Position numbers and translations under genes: made by a program. Below the pieces are notes generated by a model. It was not told the origin of the DNA, searched no databases, and saw only the letters and a program-made list of their open reading frames with translations. DNA of 64,000 bases from Bacillota bacterium. Its GTDB lineage: Bacteria; Bacillota; Clostridia; Acetivibrionales; DTU013. The DNA lies in NCBI GenBank assembly GCA_023412665.1, contig JAEZCA010000059.1:5163-69162 (forward strand), in the 5' to 3' direction. Position 1 is the stretch's first letter; each line of letters opens with the position of its first letter. Shown one piece after another: positions 30,394-39,111 of the stretch.

Positions 30394-30422
30394 ATATTAA
30401 TACAAACAAATCAACAAGTCAA
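30394..30422 (-). promoter_or_regulatory. sigma-A-type promoter of the V-ATPase operon
   Basis: TTGACT, 17-nt spacer, TAATAT on the minus strand. It lies about 115 nt upstream of the first gene. Confidence 0.55.
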
Positions 30423-30564
30423 CACCTGCATATCACTGATTTTACCTTTATTTAAAGCATGGGGGGCTGCCAGAACCAACCATGCCCCATTTACTGATAG
30501 CAGTTAAGTGACACTCCTTGGCAGGGGGTATTCCTTTATGAATGAGAAATGTCAATGATGGGTG

Positions 30565-31119
30565 TCACAATAATTTCTCCAACAAAATCTTCAAGCCTAT
30601 GCCTATTAGTATTATACCGCCCGCCAGCTCTGCCTTTGACTTGTACCTTGTGCCGAAAATATTGCCTATTTTGACCCCTGCGGCTGATAAAACAAAGGTT
30701 ATTATCCCGATAAACGAGACAGCCGGCACGATTTCCACCTGAAGGAATGCAAATGTAACTCCGACAGCCAGGGCATCAATGCTGGTAGCTACAGCAAGCA
30801 CTGCCAGGCTTTTCAGATTGAATGTATTACCGACATTCTCACAATGCTCGTTCCTGGATTCCCTTATCATATTGATTCCGATGAACAAAAGCAATCCAAA
30901 CGCTATCCAGTGACCTATAGTATCTATGTAATCCTTGAACTGGGTACCCAGCAAATATCCTGCAAGGGGCATCAATGCCTGGAACCCTCCAAAAAACAAA
31001 CCGACTACAGCCATATGCCGTATTCTCAAATCCTTTGTAGACAATCCCTTGCATATTGCCACAGCAAATGCATCCATCGACAGTCCCAATGCTATAAGTA
31101 AAAGTTCAATTATATCCAT
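30565..31119 (-). CDS. mntP: manganese efflux pump MntP
   Basis: 184 aa with 6 TM helices and duplicated DAFAV / DALAV motifs characteristic of MntP (DUF204). Confidence 0.85.
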   Translation of the reverse strand: MDIIELLLIALGLSMDAFAVAICKGLSTKDLRIRHMAVVGLFFGGFQALMPLAGYLLGTQFKDYIDTIGHWIAFGLLLFIGINMIRESRNEHCENVGNTFNLKSLAVLAVATSIDALAVGVTFAFLQVEIVPAVSFIGIITFVLSAAGVKIGNIFGTRYKSKAELAGGIILIGIGLKILLEKLL

Positions 31120-31232
31120 CAGTGATATTCCCCCGGGCTGCTGACATTTTCCGCTGATTGGCTTTGTACGGCGGGTGCTGCAGCGAAATCAATAATAACA
31201 TATATCTGATCAATCTTCAATATTCCAGATAT

Positions 31233-31262
31233 ACAAAATGATTGCAGGCTAACGCCTGCAAT
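31233..31262 (-). terminator. intrinsic terminator after the lipoprotein gene
   Basis: ATTGCAGGC-GTTA-GCCTGCAAT followed by CATTTTGTAT on the minus strand. Confidence 0.6.
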
Positions 31263-31294
31263 CATCCCAGTCATCAATACAGCCCTTTTCACAA

Positions 31295-32080
31295 CTACCT
31301 GCCCGTATTGCCCAAGCTGTTTATCATATTACTGAATTCCTGCATGAAATTGTTTGTCATTCCATTGTTATTGCCCGTAGTTCCGAGTCTGCCCATACGT
31401 GTCAGCATGTCAGGTGAATCGGTCACTCTGACGTTTTTTATCGTATTGTCCATCTGCTTGACCCTTCTCTCAATGCTGGTCCTCAGTCCTGACATATTCC
31501 TTGTGTTGGTTCCCTTTGTTTTCAGACCGACAAGCGCCGTATCCCCGGACACAATTACTGAACAGTCGTTTATTCCATTGACATTTTCTAGCTGCCTTTC
31601 GATCATGGAAGCTCTTGCTCTGTCATTGCCGTTCATTGTATTTGTTGTGTTGTTGCCGGTCAGCATGCCGGTATTCCCATTGTTACCATTATTGACCAGC
31701 CCTGTGCCGGTATTCCCCATACGTCCGAATCTGTTGTTGTACTCGATCGTATTGACGCCATTATACCCAAGGAAATTTGAAGGATCATTGCCGGTATTGC
31801 CATATCCCCCGGTCAGATTCCTTCCGGTATTGCCGGTATTGCCGGTATTGCCATATCCCCCGGTCAGATTCCTGCCGGTATTGTTGGTATTGCCATACCT
31901 GCCTCCTACAAGGCTGTTCCTGTTGTAGCCCTGGTTTTGAGCGCCGTTGTTCAGGCCGTTATTGGTGCGATTGGGGTCCATCGCCCTCTGATCTCCTGCC
32001 TGGGCACATCCTGTAAGGACAGCCGCTATAATGCAGACGCCCAAAATAGTACATAAAGCTGTTTTGAATGACTTTCTCAT
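31295..32080 (-). CDS. YhcN/YlaJ-family sporulation lipoprotein with Asn/Gly-rich repeat region
   Basis: Lipobox LTGC after a signal peptide. The C-terminal block IERQLENVNGINDCSVIVSGDTALVGLK..IERRVKQMDNTIKNVRVTDSPDM is typical of YhcN/YlaJ. Confidence 0.75.
   Translation of the reverse strand: MRKSFKTALCTILGVCIIAAVLTGCAQAGDQRAMDPNRTNNGLNNGAQNQGYNRNSLVGGRYGNTNNTGRNLTGGYGNTGNTGNTGRNLTGGYGNTGNDPSNFLGYNGVNTIEYNNRFGRMGNTGTGLVNNGNNGNTGMLTGNNTTNTMNGNDRARASMIERQLENVNGINDCSVIVSGDTALVGLKTKGTNTRNMSGLRTSIERRVKQMDNTIKNVRVTDSPDMLTRMGRLGTTGNNNGMTNNFMQEFSNMINSLGNTGR
31791..31905. repeat. tandem 51-bp (17-aa) coding repeat, about 2.2 units
   Basis: CCGGTATTGCCATATCCCCCGGTCAGATTCC(T/G)..CCGGTATTG.. repeats with a 51-nt period. 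It encodes NTGRNLTGGYGNTGNTG units. Confidence 0.85.
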
Positions 32081-32182
32081 TTTTCAACACCTCCCGTACT
32101 ATTCTGTGTACATAATCTTTAATTATTTACGTTAAATATTTATAGAGTTGCAAAATCATTTTTAAAATAGCAATAATTAATT

Positions 32183-32215
32183 AAAAAAGCCGGCATGGAT
32201 CAAATCCATACCAGC
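32183..32215 (-). terminator. intrinsic terminator after speA
   Basis: Minus strand GCUGGUAUGGAU-UUG-AUCCAUGCCGGC followed by UUUUUU. Confidence 0.85.
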
Positions 32216-32232
32216 CCTGTTATTTTTATCAG

Positions 32233-34152
32233 TTACCGTTCATAATATGTGTATCCGCGCAGGCCGTTGTCATAAGCTTTCATTATCTCCGGCCGTTCGC
32301 TTGCGCTGATCCTTCCTTCATGAATAGCCTCTTCGGCTTTTTCCCTGAAGCTGACCAGCATATCCTTTGGATCAAATTCCACATAAGAGAGCACATCTGC
32401 CACACTGTCCCCATGTATTTCCTTTACCAGATCATAATGTCCGTCAGGACTGATCCTTACACTGACTACATTAGTATCTCCAAAAAGATTGTGCAGATCG
32501 CCAAGCGTTTCCTGGTAAGCTCCAACAAGGAAAACACCAAGATAGTAGTCGTCACCATTATGCATTTCATGCAGCGGAAGCGTCGTCCTTACATCATGCA
32601 GATCGATGAAGCGGTCGATTTTTCCGTCGCAGTCACAGGTAATGTCTGCTATCACAGCGTTTCTTTTCGGCAGCTCCAGAAGCCTGTGAACAGGCATTAT
32701 CGGAAACAGCTGATCGATAGCCCAGCTGTCGGGCAGCGACTGGAACAGTGAAAAGTTGCAATAATATATATCGGCTATAGCACTCTCAATGTCTTCCAGT
32801 TCAGGCGGTGCATGCTTGAGCTTCTCCTTTTCCCTTGCGATCTGGCTGATGGTATTCCAGAATATCTTCTCGGACAGAGAGCGTTCACGAAGGCTTATCT
32901 TTCCATGCTTGAACATATCTCTGATCTCGTCTCTGTAATACAGCGCGTCATTATAACACTCCTGTATATTTTTCAAGTGAAGGTTCCTGCTTACATCAAA
33001 AAGGTTTTTTATCTGCTCAGATACATTCTCATCTATTTTGTCAGGAACGTCATATTCCTCAAACCTCTCAACATCAAGTACGTTGAACAGAAGCACCGAA
33101 TAGTATGCAACAGTCGTACGCCCCGACTCCGTGATGATCACAGGATGCTCCACATGGCTCGAATCCAGCGTCGTCATCACAGCTTCAACTACGTCAGTGC
33201 AATACTCCTCAACAGTATAGTTCCTGCTGTTGGTGTAATTGGTGTTCGAACCGTCATAGTCTACCGCCAGACCGCCGCCAAGATCCAGATAGCCCATGGG
33301 TGCGCCTTCCTTCACCAGCTCGGCATATACTCTTGCGGCTTCGATGACTGCGGAACGGATATCTCTGATGTTTGGTATCTGGGAGCCGAGATGGTAATGC
33401 ATCAGCTTCAGTGAACTCAGCATGTCCTTTTCCCGGAGGTAGTCCACCATGGTAATCAGCTGAGAAACGTTCAGCCCGAATATGCTGCGGTCTCCTCCCG
33501 ATTCTGTCCAATGCCCGCCTGCCTTTGCAGAAAGCTTGATGCGGATGCCGATATTCGGCTGTACGCCAAGGGCCTGAGACCTCTCCAGTATTATATTCAC
33601 CTCGTCCGGTATCTCTATTACAAAGAAGCATTTGAAACCCATTTTGACCGCATAGAGTCCAAGATCGATAAATTCCTCATCCTTATATCCATTGCAGATC
33701 AGGCAGGCCTCCTTGTCCTTCATAACAGAAAGCGCGGCAATCAATTCCGCCTTGCTGCCAACCTCCAGCCCATGGTGATAGCGCTGGCCGAACCTTGTCA
33801 CTTCCTCAACGACCTGCTGCTGCTGATTTACTTTTATAGGATATACGCCCCTGTATTCACCCCTGTAGTTAAGATCCTTCATTGCCTTCCTGAACGAGTT
33901 GTTCAGGTAGGATATCTGTGAGTCAAGCAAATTTTCAAATCGCAAAAGCACAGGCATATCAAGACCGCGTTCACGCACACCCGATATTATATCCATCAGG
34001 CTTATTGCCGCAGACTTGTCATTGTATGGATTCACGAGCACCTCGCCCTTGTCGGAAATCGAAAAATAGCCTGCGCCCCAGTTCTTGATACTATATAGCT
34101 CCTCGGACTTCTCTCTGGTCCATCTACCCAGCAGTTCCGTTCTTCTGTTCAT
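32233..34152 (-). CDS. speA: biosynthetic arginine decarboxylase
   Basis: 639 aa. The N-terminus ..YSIKNWGAGYFSI..GEV.V.P is typical of SpeA, within a PLP fold-III decarboxylase layout. Confidence 0.9.
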   Translation of the reverse strand: MNRRTELLGRWTREKSEELYSIKNWGAGYFSISDKGEVLVNPYNDKSAAISLMDIISGVRERGLDMPVLLRFENLLDSQISYLNNSFRKAMKDLNYRGEYRGVYPIKVNQQQQVVEEVTRFGQRYHHGLEVGSKAELIAALSVMKDKEACLICNGYKDEEFIDLGLYAVKMGFKCFFVIEIPDEVNIILERSQALGVQPNIGIRIKLSAKAGGHWTESGGDRSIFGLNVSQLITMVDYLREKDMLSSLKLMHYHLGSQIPNIRDIRSAVIEAARVYAELVKEGAPMGYLDLGGGLAVDYDGSNTNYTNSRNYTVEEYCTDVVEAVMTTLDSSHVEHPVIITESGRTTVAYYSVLLFNVLDVERFEEYDVPDKIDENVSEQIKNLFDVSRNLHLKNIQECYNDALYYRDEIRDMFKHGKISLRERSLSEKIFWNTISQIAREKEKLKHAPPELEDIESAIADIYYCNFSLFQSLPDSWAIDQLFPIMPVHRLLELPKRNAVIADITCDCDGKIDRFIDLHDVRTTLPLHEMHNGDDYYLGVFLVGAYQETLGDLHNLFGDTNVVSVRISPDGHYDLVKEIHGDSVADVLSYVEFDPKDMLVSFREKAEEAIHEGRISASERPEIMKAYDNGLRGYTYYER

Positions 34153-34229
34153 CGTTCTGCCCTTCTCTTTCTAATCCAAACCTTTTAGTGAGGCGGCATA
34201 TAACAGCTCTTTGTTACTGGCACCCCGTA

Positions 34230-34266
34230 TAATAAAATCGGGTGGAGGTTGGAGCTCCTGCCCGAT
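34230..34266 (-). terminator. intrinsic terminator after the HMA gene
   Basis: ATCGGGCAGGAG-loop-CTCCACCCGAT (one bulge) followed by TTTTATTAT on the minus strand. Confidence 0.6.
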
Positions 34267-34357
34267 CTCTTTTGACACTTTCTTCTCAATTTAACTGAAT
34301 ACAGCAAACAATAACATAACATACAATAATCACTGCTGTCAATAAATTGATTTGCTA

Positions 34358-34576
34358 TCAGTTCCTGTCCTCTTTGATTGAGACGACCTCATAACCTGCA
34401 TCTATTACCGCATTGCCCAGTTCATGATCATCCACCTCTTTACTGAGGCTGACTATGGCAATATTGTTTTTGACATCTACCTTTGCTTCAACACCGTCAA
34501 TTGCATCCAGAGCCTTTTTTACGCCTTCACCGCAGTGATTGCAGGTCATCCCCTTTATCTCGATCACCTTTTGCAT
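34358..34576 (-). CDS. heavy-metal-associated (HMA, CopZ-like) domain protein
   Basis: GMTCNHCGEGV metal-binding motif. I place the start at ATG 34576 (SD AAGGAGG) rather than 34654, which would overlap the CDF gene. Confidence 0.8.
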   Translation of the reverse strand: MQKVIEIKGMTCNHCGEGVKKALDAIDGVEAKVDVKNNIAIVSLSKEVDDHELGNAVIDAGYEVVSIKEDRN

Positions 34577-34640
34577 TATCTGCCTCCTTTGTTTTGCTGT
34601 CACAACTGCTGCAGATAATAGTTTATCTATCTGTACGTAT

Positions 34641-35825
34641 TTATTCTGCTGCAAAATCTGGAATGTAGTTGTGATCTACTGTTATCACCGTACGGTAATT
34701 GCTGTCAATCTCCTGTGTTTTTTTTGAAATGATCTCTATCAGTTCATCATCATCGTACTTGAAATCAAATGGAACAACTACGTCAAATATGAGATTGGAA
34801 TGTGTCACCCCGTTAACTACTCGGAAATCGTGGATATTGATCTGCGGTGAAACCTGCCTGACCAGTATGTGAACAGCCTGCTTGAGTTCATTTATCCTTT
34901 CATTGTCTGTGATAACGGGATCAAGATGTATTACGAGATGTATTCCCATATCCTTGAGGAAATCGCGTTCAATATTATCGATAATATCATGGCTAATCAT
35001 TATATCTTGATCTGCGGGCACTTCACAGTGTACTGATGCAAAATATCTGGAAAAGCCATAGTTGTGGACGGTAAGATCGTGCAGGCCTGAAATCCCCTCA
35101 TAGCTCAGTATTTTTTTATAAATGCTGTCGACCATTTCATTCGAAGGCGCGGTACCGAGCAGGGGGCTCACTGTATCAAATATCAGCTTTATACCGGATA
35201 CTATTATGAACAGTGCTACCGCAGTCCCCATATATCCGTCAAGGTCAAAGCCTGTGAGCCTTGAAACGATTGCCGCAGCAAGGACGGATGAGGTTGCCAG
35301 GATATCATTGCGGCTGTCGGCAGAAGCTGCAATGATGGCATCCGATCCGATCATCCTGCCGAGCTTCCTGTAAAACATGCTTTGCCATAGCTTCAGCAAT
35401 ATGGAAACAATAAGTACAGCCACGGCGATCCAAGAGAATTGACTCGCCTGCGGTTTGAATATCTTTGCGACCGAGTCCTGTATAAGCTGCAGACCAAGGA
35501 ACATGACTATTATCGATACGATGAGCCCTGATACATATTCCATTCTGGCATGGCCGTATGGATGCTTGGCATCTGCGGGCTTGCCCGATATTTTAAAGCC
35601 GATGAGCGTCACGATCGATGAACCCGAATCCGACAGGTTGTTTACAGCGTCCGCTGTTATTGAAATACTGTTAAATAGCGTTCCAACGATTATTTTTATT
35701 ATGAACAGCAGCAAATTGGTAACTATGCCGGCTGCACCGGACAGCTTTCCGTATGCCTCTCTTACACGGGCACTGGTAGTATTTCCGTAATCCTTCACAA
35801 AAAGTTTCAGCAGCAGCTCCGTCAA
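34641..35825 (-). CDS. cation diffusion facilitator (CDF) family transporter
   Basis: 6 TM helices with AVNNLSDSGSS and HPYGHARME motifs, plus a C-terminal cytoplasmic domain. TTG start with SD GGGGGTG. Confidence 0.8.
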   Translation of the reverse strand: MTELLLKLFVKDYGNTTSARVREAYGKLSGAAGIVTNLLLFIIKIIVGTLFNSISITADAVNNLSDSGSSIVTLIGFKISGKPADAKHPYGHARMEYVSGLIVSIIVMFLGLQLIQDSVAKIFKPQASQFSWIAVAVLIVSILLKLWQSMFYRKLGRMIGSDAIIAASADSRNDILATSSVLAAAIVSRLTGFDLDGYMGTAVALFIIVSGIKLIFDTVSPLLGTAPSNEMVDSIYKKILSYEGISGLHDLTVHNYGFSRYFASVHCEVPADQDIMISHDIIDNIERDFLKDMGIHLVIHLDPVITDNERINELKQAVHILVRQVSPQINIHDFRVVNGVTHSNLIFDVVVPFDFKYDDDELIEIISKKTQEIDSNYRTVITVDHNYIPDFAAE

Positions 35826-35882
35826 AATTACATCACCCCCGATTTTGCATTAATCCAGTATGACACCGGCTTCCCCCTGCGT

Positions 35883-36275
35883 TTATGTTTTTGCTTTGAA
35901 CTCATGCCTGCATTTCGGACAGGTTATCACTATACTGCCCTTTCCCTTGGGAAGCCTAAGCTCTGCCCTGCAGGAGGGGCATTTGAAAAATCTGTGGGTT
36001 TTGGATTCCGCCAGACGCCTGCGTATTTTACTGAACCATGCATAGACCGGGCTTACAAGCATATGGAATTTATAGTTTTCCATTCTCCTCCTGTTAATGT
36101 TTTTAGAAAACATCCTGAAAAAGCATAGTCCAAGGGGGATATATGAAATTATTCCAAGCAGCGGCACTCCCGTAAATCTAATTATAACCGATAAAATAAT
36201 GGAAAGTATGAGCAGTGCCATAGAAAGCTGGTCTGCCCCATATCTTCCGTCCATGAATCTTTTCAGCCAGTTCAT
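35883..36275 (-). CDS. membrane protein with C-terminal zinc-ribbon
   Basis: Two TM helices followed by CPSC..17 aa..CPKC. Confidence 0.55.
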   Translation of the reverse strand: MNWLKRFMDGRYGADQLSMALLILSIILSVIIRFTGVPLLGIISYIPLGLCFFRMFSKNINRRRMENYKFHMLVSPVYAWFSKIRRRLAESKTHRFFKCPSCRAELRLPKGKGSIVITCPKCRHEFKAKT

Positions 36276-36301
36276 CTGTCAACCCCATTTCCTTAAGACC
36301 A

Positions 36302-38893
36302 TCATCTTTTTATCGCCGAAACAACAAGCTTGACAATTTCGACCACAGGAATAACTACCAGCGCCAGGCCTGTACCTATCAGCAGATTTGTCAGCGATAA
36401 AGCTTCCAGGTTGAATATTACATTTATTCCAGGTATGTATATCACTGCAAGCGTCAGCACCAGCGACAGGATCATCGCGCCAAACAGCACTCTGTTGTGG
36501 GTTTTCAGCCTGAATATGGATTTGGTCCTCGATCTCATATTTATGGAATGAAAAATCTCACAAAGCGACAGCGTTAAAAATGCCATCGTCATACCGGTTA
36601 TCTGTGACTGTCCAAAGCCTATATAGAAGGATAAAAGCGTCAGCACAGCAACCACTATGCCCTGGTAGACCACACCGGCCGCCATGCCGCCTGCAAAGAT
36701 GCCTTCATTGGACTTGCGGGGGGGTTTGCTCATTATATCGGGCTCCGCCTCCTCCATACCCAGCGCGATCGCAGGAAATGTATCCGTCACAAGGTTGATC
36801 CACAATATATGAATCGGTGTAAACAGCCTGAATTTCAATAATGTTGCCACAAACAGCGCCAGTACCTCGCTCAGATTCGCAGAGAGCAGGAACTGTATAG
36901 CCTTTCTTATGTTGTCGTATATCCTGCGTCCCTCTTCAACAGCTTTAACGATACTTGCGAAATTGTCATCAGAAAGTACCATATCTGAAACATTCTTAGA
37001 TACATCCGTTCCCGTTATTCCCATACCTACACCAATATCAGCCGTTTTGAGGGCAGGAGCATCATTGACGCCGTCACCGGTCATGGCGGTGATCATATTG
37101 TTCTTTTTCCACGCGCTCACTATACGCACCTTGTGCTCAGGCTGGACACGCGCATAAACAGCATAATTGCCGACGCTCTTTTCAAACTCCTCATCCGATA
37201 TCTGATCGAGCTCCGTGCCTGTCAACGCCTGGCTCTCATTATCTATGATTCTCAGCTCCTTTGCTATGGCAATAGCTGTATCACGGTGGTCTCCCGTTAT
37301 CATCACAGGCTTGATCCCGGCAGCACGGCATTCTTCGATAGCTGACTTCACTTCTGGACGCACAGGATCGATCATGCCGGCAAGTCCTACAAACGTCATT
37401 TCTCTCTCAAGTGTTTCGGGTGAAATATTTTCCGGCAGCGCGTCAAGCTCCTTCATGGCTGCTCCCAGCACCCTCAGCGCCTTTCCTGCCATTTTTCTGT
37501 TTTCATCCAGCACTTTTTGACGCAGCTCGTCTGTCAAAGGTACTATATCCTTCTCAAGCAGCATCCGGCTGCATATTTTCAGCAGTTCGTCCGGGGCTCC
37601 CTTTGTATATTGCACCAGTTTGCCCGACTGGTCCTTATGGACAGTAGACATCATCTTTCTCATGGAATCGAAAGGAGCTTCGGCTATCCTTGGCGTTTTG
37701 CTCTCGAGTTCACCTTTATCATAGCCCAGTTCATAAGCGTATCGGACCAAAGCGCTTTCGGTTGGCTCACCGATGACCTCGCTCTTGTCCTCCGAAAGCT
37801 CCGCATCATTGCAAAGCACCATCGAAACGGCAAGCCCGGCGGTATCGCCGAACGCATCGACGACAGTCATTTTGTTCTGTGTCAGGGTCCCGGTCTTATC
37901 GGAGCAGATGACCTGGGTACAGCCCAAGGTCTCCACTGCCGTAAGCCTTCTTATTATAGCATTGCGCTTTGACATCCTTGTAACACCGATGGACAGCACC
38001 ACGGTCACAACAGCAACAAGACCTTCCGGTATGGCTGCCACTGCAAGGCTGATAGCCAGAAGGAACATTTCAAGTACATGTCCCCCTGTAAAGCCACCGC
38101 TCTGAAACACACTGAATATGAATATGAAAACACTTATGCCAAGGACACCTATGCTTAGTATCCGGCTAAGACCGGACAGTGTCTTCTGAAGAGGTGTCTT
38201 CTCATCCACGGTTTTTGATATGATCTCAGCTATCTTTCCCATTTGGGTACTCATGCCGGTTTCAACAACAACACCCTCGCCCCGGCCGTATACGACACTG
38301 GTACCCATGTAAGCCATATTGTGCCTGTCACCCAGCGGAATATCATTTTCCTTTTCGGATATGGTACGGCTGTTCTTTTCAGATGGAACAGACTCTCCCG
38401 TCAGTGAGGCTTCCTCTATTTTGAGGCTTGAGGCTTCAATGAGCCTCATGTCCGCCGGCACCGCATCGCCTGCCTCCAGCAGAACAATATCTCCGGGTAC
38501 GATTTCCTCCGACTTTATCTGAACTACATGACCGCTTCTTCTTACCTTTGAAAAAGGAGAGGACATTCTTGCCAAAGCTTCTATCGCTTTTTCAGCCTTT
38601 CCCTCCTGTACGACTCCAAGGACTGAATTGAGGACAACGACCATAAGTATTATGACAGCATCTGCAATCTCAGCGGCAATTCCTGATACGACGGCAGCTG
38701 CGATCAATACTATGACCATTGGATCCTTCATTTGTTCAAAAAATTTCTGGATCACAGTCTTCTTTTTTCCTTCGTCCAGCTTATTGCCGCCGAATCTTTC
38801 AAGCCTGACTGCAGCCTCATCAGCGCCTATTCCATTTTTGGATGTCTCCTGTGATTTTAGTACAACTTCTGCTTCCTCAAGATAATACTTCAT
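36302..38893 (-). CDS. cation-translocating P-type ATPase (Ca2+-ATPase-like, P2 type)
   Basis: TGES, phosphorylation site CSDKTGTLT, and hinge TGDGVNDAPAL. 863 aa with 10 TM helices, and the N-terminal pattern typical of PMCA/SERCA-like bacterial pumps. Confidence 0.85.
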   Translation of the reverse strand: MKYYLEEAEVVLKSQETSKNGIGADEAAVRLERFGGNKLDEGKKKTVIQKFFEQMKDPMVIVLIAAAVVSGIAAEIADAVIILMVVVLNSVLGVVQEGKAEKAIEALARMSSPFSKVRRSGHVVQIKSEEIVPGDIVLLEAGDAVPADMRLIEASSLKIEEASLTGESVPSEKNSRTISEKENDIPLGDRHNMAYMGTSVVYGRGEGVVVETGMSTQMGKIAEIISKTVDEKTPLQKTLSGLSRILSIGVLGISVFIFIFSVFQSGGFTGGHVLEMFLLAISLAVAAIPEGLVAVVTVVLSIGVTRMSKRNAIIRRLTAVETLGCTQVICSDKTGTLTQNKMTVVDAFGDTAGLAVSMVLCNDAELSEDKSEVIGEPTESALVRYAYELGYDKGELESKTPRIAEAPFDSMRKMMSTVHKDQSGKLVQYTKGAPDELLKICSRMLLEKDIVPLTDELRQKVLDENRKMAGKALRVLGAAMKELDALPENISPETLEREMTFVGLAGMIDPVRPEVKSAIEECRAAGIKPVMITGDHRDTAIAIAKELRIIDNESQALTGTELDQISDEEFEKSVGNYAVYARVQPEHKVRIVSAWKKNNMITAMTGDGVNDAPALKTADIGVGMGITGTDVSKNVSDMVLSDDNFASIVKAVEEGRRIYDNIRKAIQFLLSANLSEVLALFVATLLKFRLFTPIHILWINLVTDTFPAIALGMEEAEPDIMSKPPRKSNEGIFAGGMAAGVVYQGIVVAVLTLLSFYIGFGQSQITGMTMAFLTLSLCEIFHSINMRSRTKSIFRLKTHNRVLFGAMILSLVLTLAVIYIPGINVIFNLEALSLTNLLIGTGLALVVIPVVEIVKLVVSAIKR

Positions 38894-39022
38894 CGTGGGT
38901 TCCTTTCAAAAAAGTCAAATTTTTGTATCTATATAATTATATCGCATTAATTTAAGATAAAATACATTATTTATATTGTGTCAAACTATACGAAATGCAA
39001 TCCATAAATGTCTTATGGCTTT

Positions 39023-39056
39023 AAAAAACCGGGATGTCACTAATCATCCCGGTTTT
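39023..39056 (-). terminator. intrinsic terminator after the fusion gene (A-run/T-run flanks, could act in both directions)
   Basis: AAAAAA-CCGGGATG-8 nt-CATCCCGG-TTTT. Confidence 0.8.
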
Positions 39057-39111
39057 CTTCACAATGCTGATCAAATAAAACTACGCTGATTTGTTTAAAA
39101 GCTTGTATAGA

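Noticed and set aside
31120-31232. Expected yybP-ykoY (Mn2+) riboswitch upstream of mntP
   Set aside because: The roughly 70-nt leader after a TTGAAG/TATTAT promoter has none of the conserved GGGGAGUAG / UUGACAUA / AGACC elements.
31242-31928. 228-aa plus-strand ORF rich in Pro/Leu/Val repeats
   Set aside because: It is the mirror frame of the Asn/Gly-rich lipoprotein gene. Its repeat-driven open frame lacks the lipobox or YhcN features found on the minus strand.
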